NCBI GenBank assembly: GCA_964035545.1
Contig: OZ037770.1
Coordinates: 14,808,642-14,872,641, forward strand
Length of the DNA: 64,000 bases
From: Bugula neritina
Taxonomy: Eukaryota > Animalia > Bryozoa
Reading direction: 5' to 3'
The translations under genes and the position numbers were made by a program. Below are positions 12,601-25,500 of the stretch, piece by piece. The stretch's first letter is position 1; each line of letters starts with the position of its first letter. Below the pieces are notes generated by a model, which was not told where the DNA came from, did not search any database, and saw nothing but the letters and a program-made list of their open reading frames with translations.

Positions 12601-15232
12601 TTCGAGAAAGCCTGTAATGGTAAATATTGTTAGATGTTATTTTCTTATTATGATAAGCTGTAATTCAATCAATTATATAAGAAAATATCATAAGCAGAAA
12701 GAGAGACTTACAGTTCGTGAATAGTGCATCACACTTCTGTAGTCATACACAGTACCAAAGAGATCTACACTGTCGGCCTTCTGAGCTTCAAAGTTATGAT
12801 GTAGACCAGAGTTGACATTCTCCAGATGTATGTTGATATAACTATCTCTGTCTGGTCTGCTCTGCTCGTGCCAGAAACCCAGAGCGTGCATGAACTCGTG
12901 AATGGCCGTCTTCTTGACCTGAAAATCAGTAACCAATAGTAAGTATTGTTCTTTTGAAATCATACCAGAACTTCATGAGCTGTTAGAGGCATTTGCGCAT
13001 GTTTAGAATTAAAAATTCTCTAAGATTTTGCGACGAACCGTCTTTCCTTGCCAGCATAAGTGGGAAAAAAAGAAAGAGTGTGAAAATCAGACCCTAATAC
13101 TATCAATTTCCATATATTGTGGTTTTAAAATTGTAAAGTATTTTTGCATTGTGAGCACATTGTACAACTGTTGAAATCAGCAGGTTTTAAACTTTAGAGC
13201 AGTACAAGAAAACTTTTAGTGGCAGAACAGTTTTTGACCGAAATTTGTAAAAACAATGTACGAATGTGCTTTTGAAATGTGGCTAATAATTTACATTTAG
13301 TTTAATTGACAATCTTTAAGCAGCAAGTGAGTCAGTGTGGAAAGTAAAGATATCAAAGTATCGGCAGGTTAACGACTTACATAGAGACAACCTTGACCTA
13401 AACTCATATCTTGAGCTCCACCCAATCGGCCAATGAATGACCAACAGCCACCGCCTCTCTGTATTTTAACATAATCTTTCTGATTGGTGCGCTGAACCAA
13501 ACGTATGCAGGTGTGTTTTTCGTACGCTGCTTTGACTTCTTCAAATACCCTGAGCTCTTCTGAAGCTGAAAATTTAATAAAAACAATCAGAGCCATGACC
13601 AGCAATGCTTATAGTACTTTAGTTTACATGCAGCGAATACAAACTAAAACTATTCCTGAAAAAATAGATTTTATCTGCTGCTATATAACACGATGCCTAT
13701 TATTGAAAGGAATATCTCGCTTGCTATGTAATAAATTAATTTTGCTTATACTTATATTATAAAATATTGATGCTACTATTACAAATCAAATAAAATGAAA
13801 TATATTTCTAGTATTTTTATATAACAAAATAGACTATAGTTTATCTGAAAAATATAACAAAAAGTAGCATGATTATTCTATTTCAATCTATCGCAAGATT
13901 CTTCTTTGTCCGTCATGATAAAGATAACTATGCTGATTTGTTTGTAAATTGCTAAGTTTGACAACTCATGTTATATAGCAAGTCAAAGTCTTGTTTTTAT
14001 TTGTGTTTATGTTGATTGCAATGCACAAAGATTTCAAATTGCATAATGAATGCACGTAAGTCACTTACTGTGGGAATTAGTTATTGTGTATGGAACGAAT
14101 TTTAGATTCCAGTAGATGTCTGTTCCTTTTTTCACATTTCTCTTTCCTCTTCTTCTCTGGGTTGCGCCAGATCTACCCTTAGACACCAAAGGCACTATTT
14201 CTGAGTCACACTTGCCATTGAGAGGAATCTGACCGGGGCGGTTCACAGGTTGAATGATGTCACTGCCGTCATTCGTGTATTCACATGGCGTTCGGTACGC
14301 GATGTCGAGCTCGGTGATCACAGCTGATCGGTCAGGCGTGACTCGAACCACATCGTCTGCAACATGATAGAAGTTTTAAATGATACTTGATAACCAATAG
14401 CAATTAATTTGCTACTTATATATAATGTAGCAACATAATATCTAGTATAACGTTATGAGTCATTATTAGTTTGATCAGTGTATTCCAGAATGTACCAAAA
14501 GATATTTAGTATAAGCTGCTGTAAATTTCACTAATAAAACAAAAATTTTCTACTTTATTTTCTCACATTAAATACAGGAACTATATTATTTTAGTGTTAT
14601 TATACTCAATTTGTTGAACACATCAAACTTAAAAATTACACCAAAAATAGTAAAGCAAGATATTAGACTTTCATACACGATAAAAAGTTTTCGACACCAT
14701 ATCATAAAATTGTAGTTTTTACCTAAAATATCACGGGATGTTGGGGCACCTGATCTATCAATAGCAGCATTAGCTGCCTCTTCCAGAATCTGGTCAATGG
14801 GTTTGAGATCTTCATAAGTAGAGGAGGTAACTCCAACAACCTGAAAGTGTGTCAATATTCCAAGTAGAGTGAAGACAACACAAAGCATTCTTAGTAGAGT
14901 GAAGGCAATGCAAAGCATTCTTACTAAACTAAAGACAATTCACAGAAAACAAAAAATGTAGCCAATAAAATTGAATAAGGCATTAAGTTTATGTTTCGCA
15001 AAAGTAGCAAATCCAATGACCAGCTTTATATTTTTTAGATTATCTCTACTCTCCAGTCAAAAGTTTATGAGTAAATTATTAAAAAAAATTAAAACATTTG
15101 TTAAAAATAAATAACATCATGTCATAAAAACATAGTATATTAGTCTGTTATAATATACGCACTATATATCAATATAAAGCACAACTAATGAAGGAATCTT
15201 ACCAGAAGCAATAGAATGGTGAAGCACTTCAT
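9634..15232 (-). CDS. Astacin-family zinc metalloprotease A (signal, prodomain, astacin, Cys-rich, Thr/Pro linker, 8-Cys EGF/EB-like module, MAM-like tail), about 585 aa
   Basis: Exons 15232-15203, 14840-14723, 14356-14069, 13565-13381, 12918-12712, 12611-12485, 12244-12128, 11844-11776, 11469-11168, 11082-10916, 10577-10517, 9720-9634, phases consistent. HEFMHALGFWHEQSRPDRD zinc motif, SVMHY Met-turn, GGGCWSFIG, furin-type RGKR before the mature N-terminus. Confidence 0.92.
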
Positions 15233-15307
15233 CTTTTGATGAACAAAACTCTGTCTTCTCTTTGCTAAGAGGAATAAACTTCAAGTTTCTCCTGTTCTCA
15301 GCCAAAG

Positions 15308-15370
15308 CAGAATGACTTTCTGAGAAAGAAAACTTTCTTATATAGATGAGGGTTGGGCGATGAGCCAATC
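15308..15370 (-). promoter_or_regulatory. Core promoter of astacin A: TATA box, initiator and CCAAT
   Basis: Minus strand: TATATAA at 15344-15338 with TCATTC Inr about 31 nt downstream (A at 15313); CCAAT (plus strand) at about 15365. The same layout precedes paralog B. Confidence 0.7.
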
Positions 15371-18300
15371 CGCGTTAGTCACTGCGTGGCGCAGGTAATT
15401 GGCTATAAAAAACAGCTTATCCTTTCAGAAAGCTTTATTCTATGATATCATGCTTTGTTTTTCTTAGAACCTAAGATGTTATGTAAACTGGGTGAGGTTT
15501 TAAAGAATATATCTCAAGATTTAAACCGCAAAGTCTTCCTGCATCCTGTGCGCAAGTTTTTGCTCATCCAGGACACTGACCGATTGTATCAAACAAGAAA
15601 CTCATTTCACACAAAATTAGTTTTAATTGAAAACTGAAAATTAGCAAATCACATTAAAGTTTATAATTGAAGAAATTTAGCCCCATATTTTGTTTTCAGA
15701 AAAGTTGCTTCTTTTTTATATAGGGTTAAGTTTACATTAGCAGAAGTCTTGTAAAATTACGTTCAAATTCTTATTTTAATTAGTAGATTTGCCAAAATTC
15801 AATAGTAGACATCATAACAAACATATTAACCGATATATTGTCGTTTAGAACTAATTATATACCAAAACAACTACGCTCAAACTGATTCGAGTTGAACTAT
15901 AGCAGAAGCCTAATGCCTGCCAAACTTAAAATAAAAGTTTGCTATTAGAAATTGTCTTATTCAAATAAGTTTGAGATCAACATGTTGAAATAGAGGTTTA
16001 AATGTTGCCGAAGTGCAATTATTAGTGTGCTGCTTCCTATATCCTACATTTTTTCAGCCAAAAACTATGCAATTTTTTATATTGCATCTCATAATCTACA
16101 AACAGTTATTGGTCTTTCATTCTTTCTGTATGACTCGATCTGTAGAACATTGTATTTACACAAGACTGTCTATACAAGCTATATTAAGTAGGAAATGACA
16201 ATTAATCTTACCGTATAATCAGCTGTCATTTAAATCATTTGCATTACTCACAAATCCTGTCTGTTTTGATGGACATTAAAAAGCTAATAATCCTTTTAAG
16301 ATTTTCTATAATTACAGGATTTGAAGGTGATTTAGAATTTAGATTAATCAGTGCAATAGAATTATTATTTTTCCTTAAGATTATTCTATCAGCTTTTGTC
16401 TGAAAAATATACACATTTTGTCTGCCATGTTTTGGTAGTAGCATGTATATATATGCAAACAAGTTAGATCATTCTTCTAAACATATTTGTTATTGATTTA
16501 GTGTTTTATTAAGGCTTCATTAGTGCTTTCTATGAAGGAAAATGTAATATTGTATATAATTCAAGGCTTCAGAGGCATATTTACTTGCTCATAGCAGTAC
16601 AGCAATAAAAATAACTAAATGTAATACATATAGTGAGATATGACAACTATATTTTAAACACATTAAAATAAAATATATATAAGATATGATACAACAAATA
16701 TAAAATAACTTAATATTACTATACTATATAAAACATGATACAATACCATGTAAGAAACACACTGCATGGTGTGAATATACTATGTAATGTAACAAAATGA
16801 CATAATTTAGTATGCAAAATTGCACACGAAAAACTAAAGAACGTGAAACGCTGACTTTAAATGCTGCCAAGTACTTACTCATACATGCAGCTACTTTAGA
16901 TCCTTAAAAACTACGGCTAGCAAATAAGAGACTATTACTATGTATATATTACTCATAACTTTTATAAAAAGAAAATATATGGAAGTGAATTTGGATATAA
17001 GGAATTCGTGCAATATATGTACTTAATTGATTTGCAGAATTGGTATAGTTTAACCATCTTATTAGCGAAGCTAGTGTCATTTTTATAGTAGCTAGTGTGA
17101 TTGCTGTTTGAATAACCCCAGGAAGACGTCACAAAAATTCCAACATTTACAACTCATTTTCGCAGCTCATTAATACAAAATAGAGGAGTAATTACGTGCA
17201 CACTGGGTCAAATATCCAGCCTGAGTGCACTATTGTATAGATGTTGCAAGAGAAAATGAACCAAAAGTTTAGTCCCACGAAACAACATCCTATGGCGTAA
17301 TTTGCACTTCCTTTATCTCAAACTGCAAACTCTTACACTTTGAAAAGATAAAACAAACAACGTTATGTAATTCAAAATACTTTTTAGTCAAAATAACACT
17401 TTTCTTTCTTTACACTTACTAATTGAGTTAAAAAATAACAGGATGTCACTTTTAGGTAGAGATATGAAAAGCTTTGGTTTTGGAAACATGAATCACATTG
17501 GAGACGCTGAGATAATGCCGAAGGATTATGCTATGAAATCATTTTAATAATCTGATTTTGTAGACCAGCCTTTGTACTTGACCCTTGTACTTAGCTCTTT
17601 ATTTTGTTAGTTTTAAACCTCTTTATCCTTCAAATTATAGGTTGTCCTAAAATAGCAGAGCTCTCTAAACAATTAGTAAGTTGTTACTAATTGTCATTCT
17701 ACTGTATGTTGGTTCACAGAACGAGTGGAGAACTCTAAGTAACAGAACATTATCTGATTCCTCAGAGAGAAATATTTTTTAGCAAAGCAACAACAAATAT
17801 GAAGGCTCCTAATTATTATTTGTGTATGAATGAACACTGCTTGTTACTAAACATTTTATATAAAGCTTAGCTATAAATATTTGCTGAATTACCAGGCAAC
17901 TTAGCTGGGTGATATTGAATATTATAGACTTTGCTAATACATGAAATAATTATATTGAAATACAGCTGCTTTTTTAGATACTTTTGCTCTGAAAAGTATA
18001 AAAAGCAAAGGATTTTAATCTGGGCCACACTTAACAAATTGTTATACACTTGTGTGTATTGTCAAACAATGGGCATTCGGCCATTATCTTGTATTAAGTT
18101 AATAGATTATATTTTATACTACGCATTTTGGCTAATTATATCAGTGATTCAACAATTAATTATTAAACTTAAGCCACTATAGATAAAATTGTATATACCC
18201 TGGTAAGATTTGGTTGACTTTCTGCATATGATTCATCATTTACGTCTTGCAAAGCATTAAATAAAAGATGCCTTAAGATATTTTATCAGAACTGCTTAAA

Positions 18301-19562
18301 AACTGCTAAACCAGGAAACATCTTTAGCCTCAGATCTTCACCAAGACTTTCACAAGAGATGTGCCTCTACTAAGCTGACCCTTAATGGTCACATTATAAC
18401 CAGGGTTCTTCGCATCACATTATTATGTTGCAATACAGCTCATGGTATTGTCAAGATTACTGCTACTTCATCAACAACAACATTTCATATATAGACGTTG
18501 GTAAAATAATTATTGTGAAACATTCTAACTATAATTGTTTTAATTTGAACTACTGAACATACTATCGCAGATGCAAGCTAACGTGGTTCATGGAATGCTC
18601 CCCTATTTTGCATGTTATGTTATATAATAAATCATATATATCATGATACGCCTTTAAAATGTGAGTAAATTTTTTATACACCTGTCATAATTTGTGTTTT
18701 ATTCAAAGCTGTTAGACTCAGCATATAATAAATAATTCAACTTGAATTTAATGCTCACTCAAAATCATTTTAAAGTAGTTGATCTTAATTTTCAGGACTT
18801 CGAAAGTGCAAGAAAAATATGAAATTTTGAGCTTCATGCATGCCACTATAATTGTTATGTAACTTTATGGTTTGTTAGTTAAAATCGTTTTATTTGCACA
18901 GCTTTACATGCCTTAGTTGTTATTCTAATATGTGCTGGCGTTGCGCCAAAACCATGCTGATTTTGGTCAGCAGCAGATAAAATACCGGCTTAGATGCAGA
19001 ATAAAGTGGATATCATAATTTTATTTTCATAACAAACATTGAATACAATATTACTGCTAGCTATTACTACAAAAATTTTGAAAACAAAAAATGAATATAT
19101 AGTTTTGCCACACAATTAAATCATTATTATTTAGTAAGAAGAGACGATATCTAAATAAATAAATTTCGACAGCTTTTTTCTACCAGCTAAAATATCACTA
19201 AAACATTTGTCTATGCTAAACTAATTAATTCTATCCAACTGTAATCAAAAGAAATTATTTTATTTACTTAAATCATAATATAGCAATTGCTTGTACATTG
19301 GCTATATAATATTTTTACTATAATATTTACAAGTACTGTATTAGACAAAGCAATTATTACTGTTAATAAAAGACTAACTTTTAAAAGGTAATGATCATTT
19401 GTAAAAGATAGACTGAAAAGACTTTTTAATTCAAATCTGTAATAATCTGTTTGAATAACAATTCAGTTTTCCTGAGTAATGCATTTAGACAATGATATTA
19501 TTGGAAGAATGACCCATCAGATTATATAATATCCTGAAGTGTCTATCACACTGGAGCTGAGT

Positions 19563-22500
19563 CTAACAAGCATAGACCTTCAGGGGGTCTAGGTTTACGC
19601 TCCAAACTCCACTATAACTCCAAGGGTAAGATCTGGCACCAAGTCTCATCTGTAGAGAAAGTAGCCATTGTAATTGTCAAATTATGCCATATGTTACGCT
19701 CAAAACCTATGAATGTCATTTAGGTCACAGCCAGTGGCAGGTGAGAGGTGACAGATAGTGGCAGGTGATATGTGAAAGCTAATTAAATGATATGTGACAG
19801 GTGACAGCTATAGTGACAGGTAGCATTCATAGGTCACATGGATAGTGGCAGGTGAGAGGTGACAGCTAGATAGTGACAGAAAATAGTTGACAAGTTGTGA
19901 GTAACAGGTTGTATTATAGGTGTGAGGTAATTTTAATGTTAGTGTATTATATGATAGGAGCAGCAAGGGAATGTCTTTGTAGTTTGTCACATAGATCTAG
20001 ACTGATTTATTATTGAACTTCATAAGTGTACATAAACATAGCAAATCATATATCCTGTTGCTGACCTGACAGACTCTTGCAACAGGGTTAAAATAACAGC
20101 ACCGATGACAAAACAGGTTTCTTGTTCTGATTCACTAATTACTACAACATTACATCCCTTATGTATTTCAAAGAAAAGATACTAGGTATATGTAAAACTG
20201 ATTACAATAGTTTAACTGTTTACACTATGTAGCAACAAAATATAACATAAAATATTCTGTGCCTCTGCTCTACTATGTATTAATAACTTTATAAATCTGC
20301 TAACTAATAATAAAATGCAGGCACACAAATAAGATCTGGGAACACCTAGAGGGGTAGCCTTTTCATTAAACTTTAATTTTAGCTAGCCAGTTTGCGCGCC
20401 CAGTGCGTGAACTACATAATTACCGTATCTATCGGGTGGTTTACGGCTTCGTGCTGAAGAACGAGGCGTTGCAGATTGCGCTGTTGGCAACATGTTTTTA
20501 ACTTGGTTACTCTGGCTAGTTGACTCCAAACTACCGGCAGGGACAACTTTCACAAAAGTTGAATTTCTGCGTAAGCATTTTCCATTCTCATCTCTTACCA
20601 CAACTTCAGAACCTTGTTTTGCTACCACTTCTTGCTTTTCATTTGAAAAGTTAGCATCCAGTTTCCCCTTTTTCTCCTTTCTAACTAAAACTGTATCCCC
20701 TACTTGCACTTCGCTTAAATTACATTTCCGGTCTAAAATCTCTTTGTTTACAATTTTAGATGCAGCATCATTTTCTGCCGCCCTTTCAAAAACAGTGCTA
20801 TCAAACTCTTGGCTCAAAGTAGGAAATTTGGTTTTCATCTCCCGGCCAAATAGCAATGTGAATGGCGCCACACCAGTACTACTATGAGGGGTTGACCTGT
20901 ATGCAATCAGCAATTTTCGTAACTCCCTCCCCAAATTTTGGCCATTCTCATGCGCTATTCTCAAAGATTTCAATATTGTTCTGTTGCACCTCTCTACTTC
21001 CCCATTGGCTTGAGGCCAGAGAGGTGTAGTTGACACCCACTTAATCCTATGCTCATTTAGATACCTCTGAAACTCTTCAGAAATAAACTGAGGACCATTA
21101 TCTGTCCTCAGCGCATCACAGTAGCCATACCTAGCAAATATGGTGTCTAGAAACTCTACTATTTTCTCAGATTTTGTAGAGGTCAAGAATGCACATTCAA
21201 AATATCTGCTGTAATAGTCAACTAATACTATTATTGATTGGCCATTAGGCAGTGGTCCCATCAAATCTGCACTCAGAAAAGACCATGGCTTATCAGGAAA
21301 TTTTGTCATGCTGACAGGTTGAGGTGGATCAGGTTTAGCAACTGACATACAATCAATGCATTGCCTACAGTGTGATTCAGCTTGTTTATCAATTCCTGGC
21401 CACCATACCTTAGACCTCAATCTCTGTTTAGTTTTCACAATACCTTGGTGACCTTCATGTGCTAATTGAATCACGTGATTGCGTAAACACACTGGCACAA
21501 CAATTCTATTATTTCTTAGCACTACATTTTGCACCTCACTAAGTTCACCCGACACTGCCTTATAGCCTATGCTACAACTGCCGAAGTCATTATCCTGTAT
21601 TGCTTTAACCAACTGCTGAATTTCATTGCACTGACAGCTGATGACAGGTGACAGGTTATAGTTAGGTATTTTATATTATATAATGAGTTGTGTTGTATTA
21701 TTATAAAACAAAGCACCTTATTACAAAACATTGTAATATACTATTATTCTATTATTTATATACAATAGCAAGATTATTATTTCATAATTACATGTATATG
21801 TTTATAGTATCTTTCATAATAACAGATGCTATAATTTGTACCAAGTCATGTGTTATAAAAGATGCAATTAAGTACAATGTAGTATAATACACAACTCAAT
21901 ATATTATACTATAAATAAACTATTTAGAAGAATATTGAGAGTATTATTATGTTATACTGTTTATTATATTTAATATATTGTATTTTATTATCTTATATTA
22001 TAATATTTTACTTACATTAGTTTCAGCTCCTGTTGTTTCAATCTTCAAGGTAAGGGGGTACCAAACAGGTGAGTTACTGTAAAAAGAAAAAGGTCATTAG
22101 AATAGATTATCAGCATAATTATGTCAATAACCTTTTATACTTTCAACAAGTAAAGTAGTTGTTTATCTTCAACTTTTTTGTCAAATTTATTGATTAAATA
22201 AAATAAATATTATTATTTGGTGTGGCTGCGATGATGTGTTTTAACCTTTGATGAGCTTATAAATTGTCTTGAGTCAATATACCAGTAGGCTAATTTGAGA
22301 AAAAAATGTTCAAAATTAAGTGGTTTTATACAATCTATTTGAATAAAAACTGCTATAATTGCTATTTGGTGTTTTACTTACCCTTCTGAGTAAAAAACTT
22401 TGTAAGGTTTCCATCGTCTATCAGCTGAACTGAATTCTACAAAAAGGGCTCCATAATTGAGGTTGTAGTTGAGAGATATACACCAAAATTGTCCTCCATT

Positions 22501-25500
22501 TCTTTCAGAAAGTGGGGGCGTTTCTAAAGCTGCCCATACTCTGCTTCCCTGTAAAGAGTAAAGACTCTTAAATTTCCAGAGAAAGCAATCAGTGCCATAA
22601 AACAATAATAAACAATTCTTTGTTGTTATTGGATACTGGGCATAAGTGTGAGCAATTGATATTTGTATATGTTTAAACTTCAATTTTATCTTCTATAACC
22701 TTGTGCTAGTTATAACAATATAGTATTTCTGAGGCTGATAGATGCTGTGATGTGACAGCCTATTGTGTCAATGTCAAGCTGAAATGGTATAAGAAATGAA
22801 TCTTTCTATAAGAAGCTCAGAATTAGAAATAATTGAGTGCAATATAGTTTGGGATTCTCAAGTTTAGTGTTTGGGGTTTAGTTTGGAACTTTGAGCCCCC
22901 AACTTTAGACTCGAGATCCCAAACTACTGCACTCAGTCACTCTCAACTTTGAGCTGCTTATAGTTTTACTTCAAGTCAAGGTCAAGGTTACAATACCTGG
23001 CCAGCAGCTCTCAGTCTATACGCGTTTTTCTGCAAACCAAACTGGAGGTTGGGCTCGGCTCCACGGTCCGGATGCCAGTTGATTGGAGTTCTTTGGTTAA
23101 GGAAGGGAGGAATTCTATCTCCTGCAGTCTGAAACATTTCACCTCCAACTTCCTTTTCACATTTCCAGCCGTTCCCCGATGTATAGGTGTCCATACACTC
23201 GCATGTTCCATTTACGGTGTTACAGAAAGAGTTCGGTATTCTAGCACATGCTCTCAGGCCTTTCTCCTCGCACCCACAGTACTCGTCCGGCCTGCTACAT
23301 CCTGTTATGAAAAAATGATACAAATAATTATATTTGATTTTAAAGTATATGTTTTTAGTGAATCTAGACATCTTTCCAACCCACAAACTATGCATCTTTG
23401 TGACTATTAGGCATATATAGTCATGAGCTTGACTGTACAAGCTAAGACAACATCCCCTGCATGCAATTCTATTGCAGGTAAACAAGATTGTTAATTTCAG
23501 CGTATATAATTTTTTGCCGCAGACTTTTTTGCATCAAAGTGTCCCATCTCAAGAACATTTGCAAAATTTACAATTCATAATATTTTACTAAATTATGACA
23601 TGTACCAGTAACTCCTTCAACTCATGTTGGTGCAACAGAAAAACTAAAACTTTGACATAATTTGCCTATAAAGTCTTTAGGTTTTCAATATCAACTGCAA
23701 CTTTTAAGACGACCCATTACATTGCATTATGGGAGAAAGTAGTTGAGGCATGATTTATAACCAATACTTACTGGGAATTCGAACCTTTACACACCTAGCT
23801 CGTCTACCTGGTCGTTTACTGTATTTATATCCCAACTTGCAGACACATTTGCCTGAATCTTTGTCACATATACTCTTTGATACCTTGCGGCATTCTCTGG
23901 AGTAACCTCCCCACCTTGTGACCTTGCAATTGCAGTTCTCATTTGGCTCTTTGCACTCCTTATCTATAATAAAACAGAAAGCTTTATATTAATTTACCAG
24001 TGTTTTAGTGCATATTGGCAAATGACAATTCATATGCTTTTAGTAGGTACAGCTTTTGGTGCATAAATTACCTTTGCAAGTTTTTAAAGAGAACATCTTT
24101 AGTTATTTTTCAAGCTCACAAAAAATTGGCTACTTGCTTCAAATTAGGTGAAAACTCAACAAAGCGCTTCAAGTGAATTAAATATGCCATTAGTGATTTG
24201 TCTCTTTGCAAGTTTTAAATTCAGCTATGATGAAAAATTCAGTAAAATGATTTCTACTTTTGCAGACGCATCAATTAATTATAAGTCAGCTTCCTGTTAT
24301 CCTACTTACAGAGCAGCAGGCTAACTATTTTTGTACAACATTAGTGCAAAAATACTACTGCCAACATTTTGTTCAAACAGTGGAAGTGAAACCAGCTAAC
24401 TCTTAATTGCTACAATATAGCTCGGAGAGGAGCTAACTCCTAGACCTCGGAGTTGATAAGTCACATGTTTATACTTGACTTAAAAGCAGAAATTCACAAG
24501 AAAGTTGCTCACCTGGTGAAATAGTAGGTTTAAGAGTTGTTGTTGGTGTGGAAGTAGTTGTTGGCTTAGAGGTTGTTGACCTAGGGGTCGTTGGCATTGG
24601 AGTCGTTGGTTTTGGAGTCGTTGGCATTGGTGTCGTTGGTTTTGGTGTTGTTGGCTTTGGTGTTGTTGGTCTTGGAGTTGTCACTACATAAAAGATATTC
24701 TTATAATATTATCAGCATTTAAAATAAACTAATGATTCAAAATATTGAAAACATAAATAAGATAAATTAGTAAGAAAAAGTTCGAAAGCAATTAAAAATG
24801 TTTTCCAATACTAGAACAAAACCTATTTAAGCATTATTAATTATAGCTAACACGGATATAGTTGCGTTACGCTTAGAAATGCAGCTTTTTGTAATGAATT
24901 TTAGTAATGAAAGAATTTAGGATATATTTTGTTTATCTGTGAAGTTATGTTCTCATACCTGAATCACAAAGAACAGCTGGCTCATTGTTGTTTATGTCAT
25001 CATTTGAGCAGTAGCACTGGCAGTCCTTCCCTCTGTAGGCACCTGCTGGGCACCTGTCAGCTGTGTTACACTCACCTGCAAAGAAGTGTCCACAGTTATA
25101 ACAACCAATCAGCTAAAAATTGTATTTGTGATGCTTTTCTTAAAAAGATTCATGGTTTCTCAAAATTTGTGCATTGTCCAATAAAAATAATTTCAGTGTA
25201 TACTTTTAAAACAAAGATACACGACTTTAGAAATTATGTTAAGGAAAAGACAACCAATACAGTTGAAGTCAATGATTAAAATTATACATACTATCACATG
25301 TGTAGAGTTTATGCAGAATGTAGAGATCAAGGAAAGAAAATGTGGGACCTCTGCCAATGATGTCTAAGAACTTTGGATTCTTTGTAGTGATTGTATCTCT
25401 CCGATTGTTTGAGAAAGCCTGTGATGGTAAATGTTGTTTGATGTTATTTTCTTAATATGATAAGAGAGAACTGTGATTCAGAGGTCCCTCAATGTCCCCC

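Noticed and set aside
20492-20887. 131-aa plus-strand ORF
   Set aside because: Antisense shadow of the Gypsy integrase ORF with no independent features.
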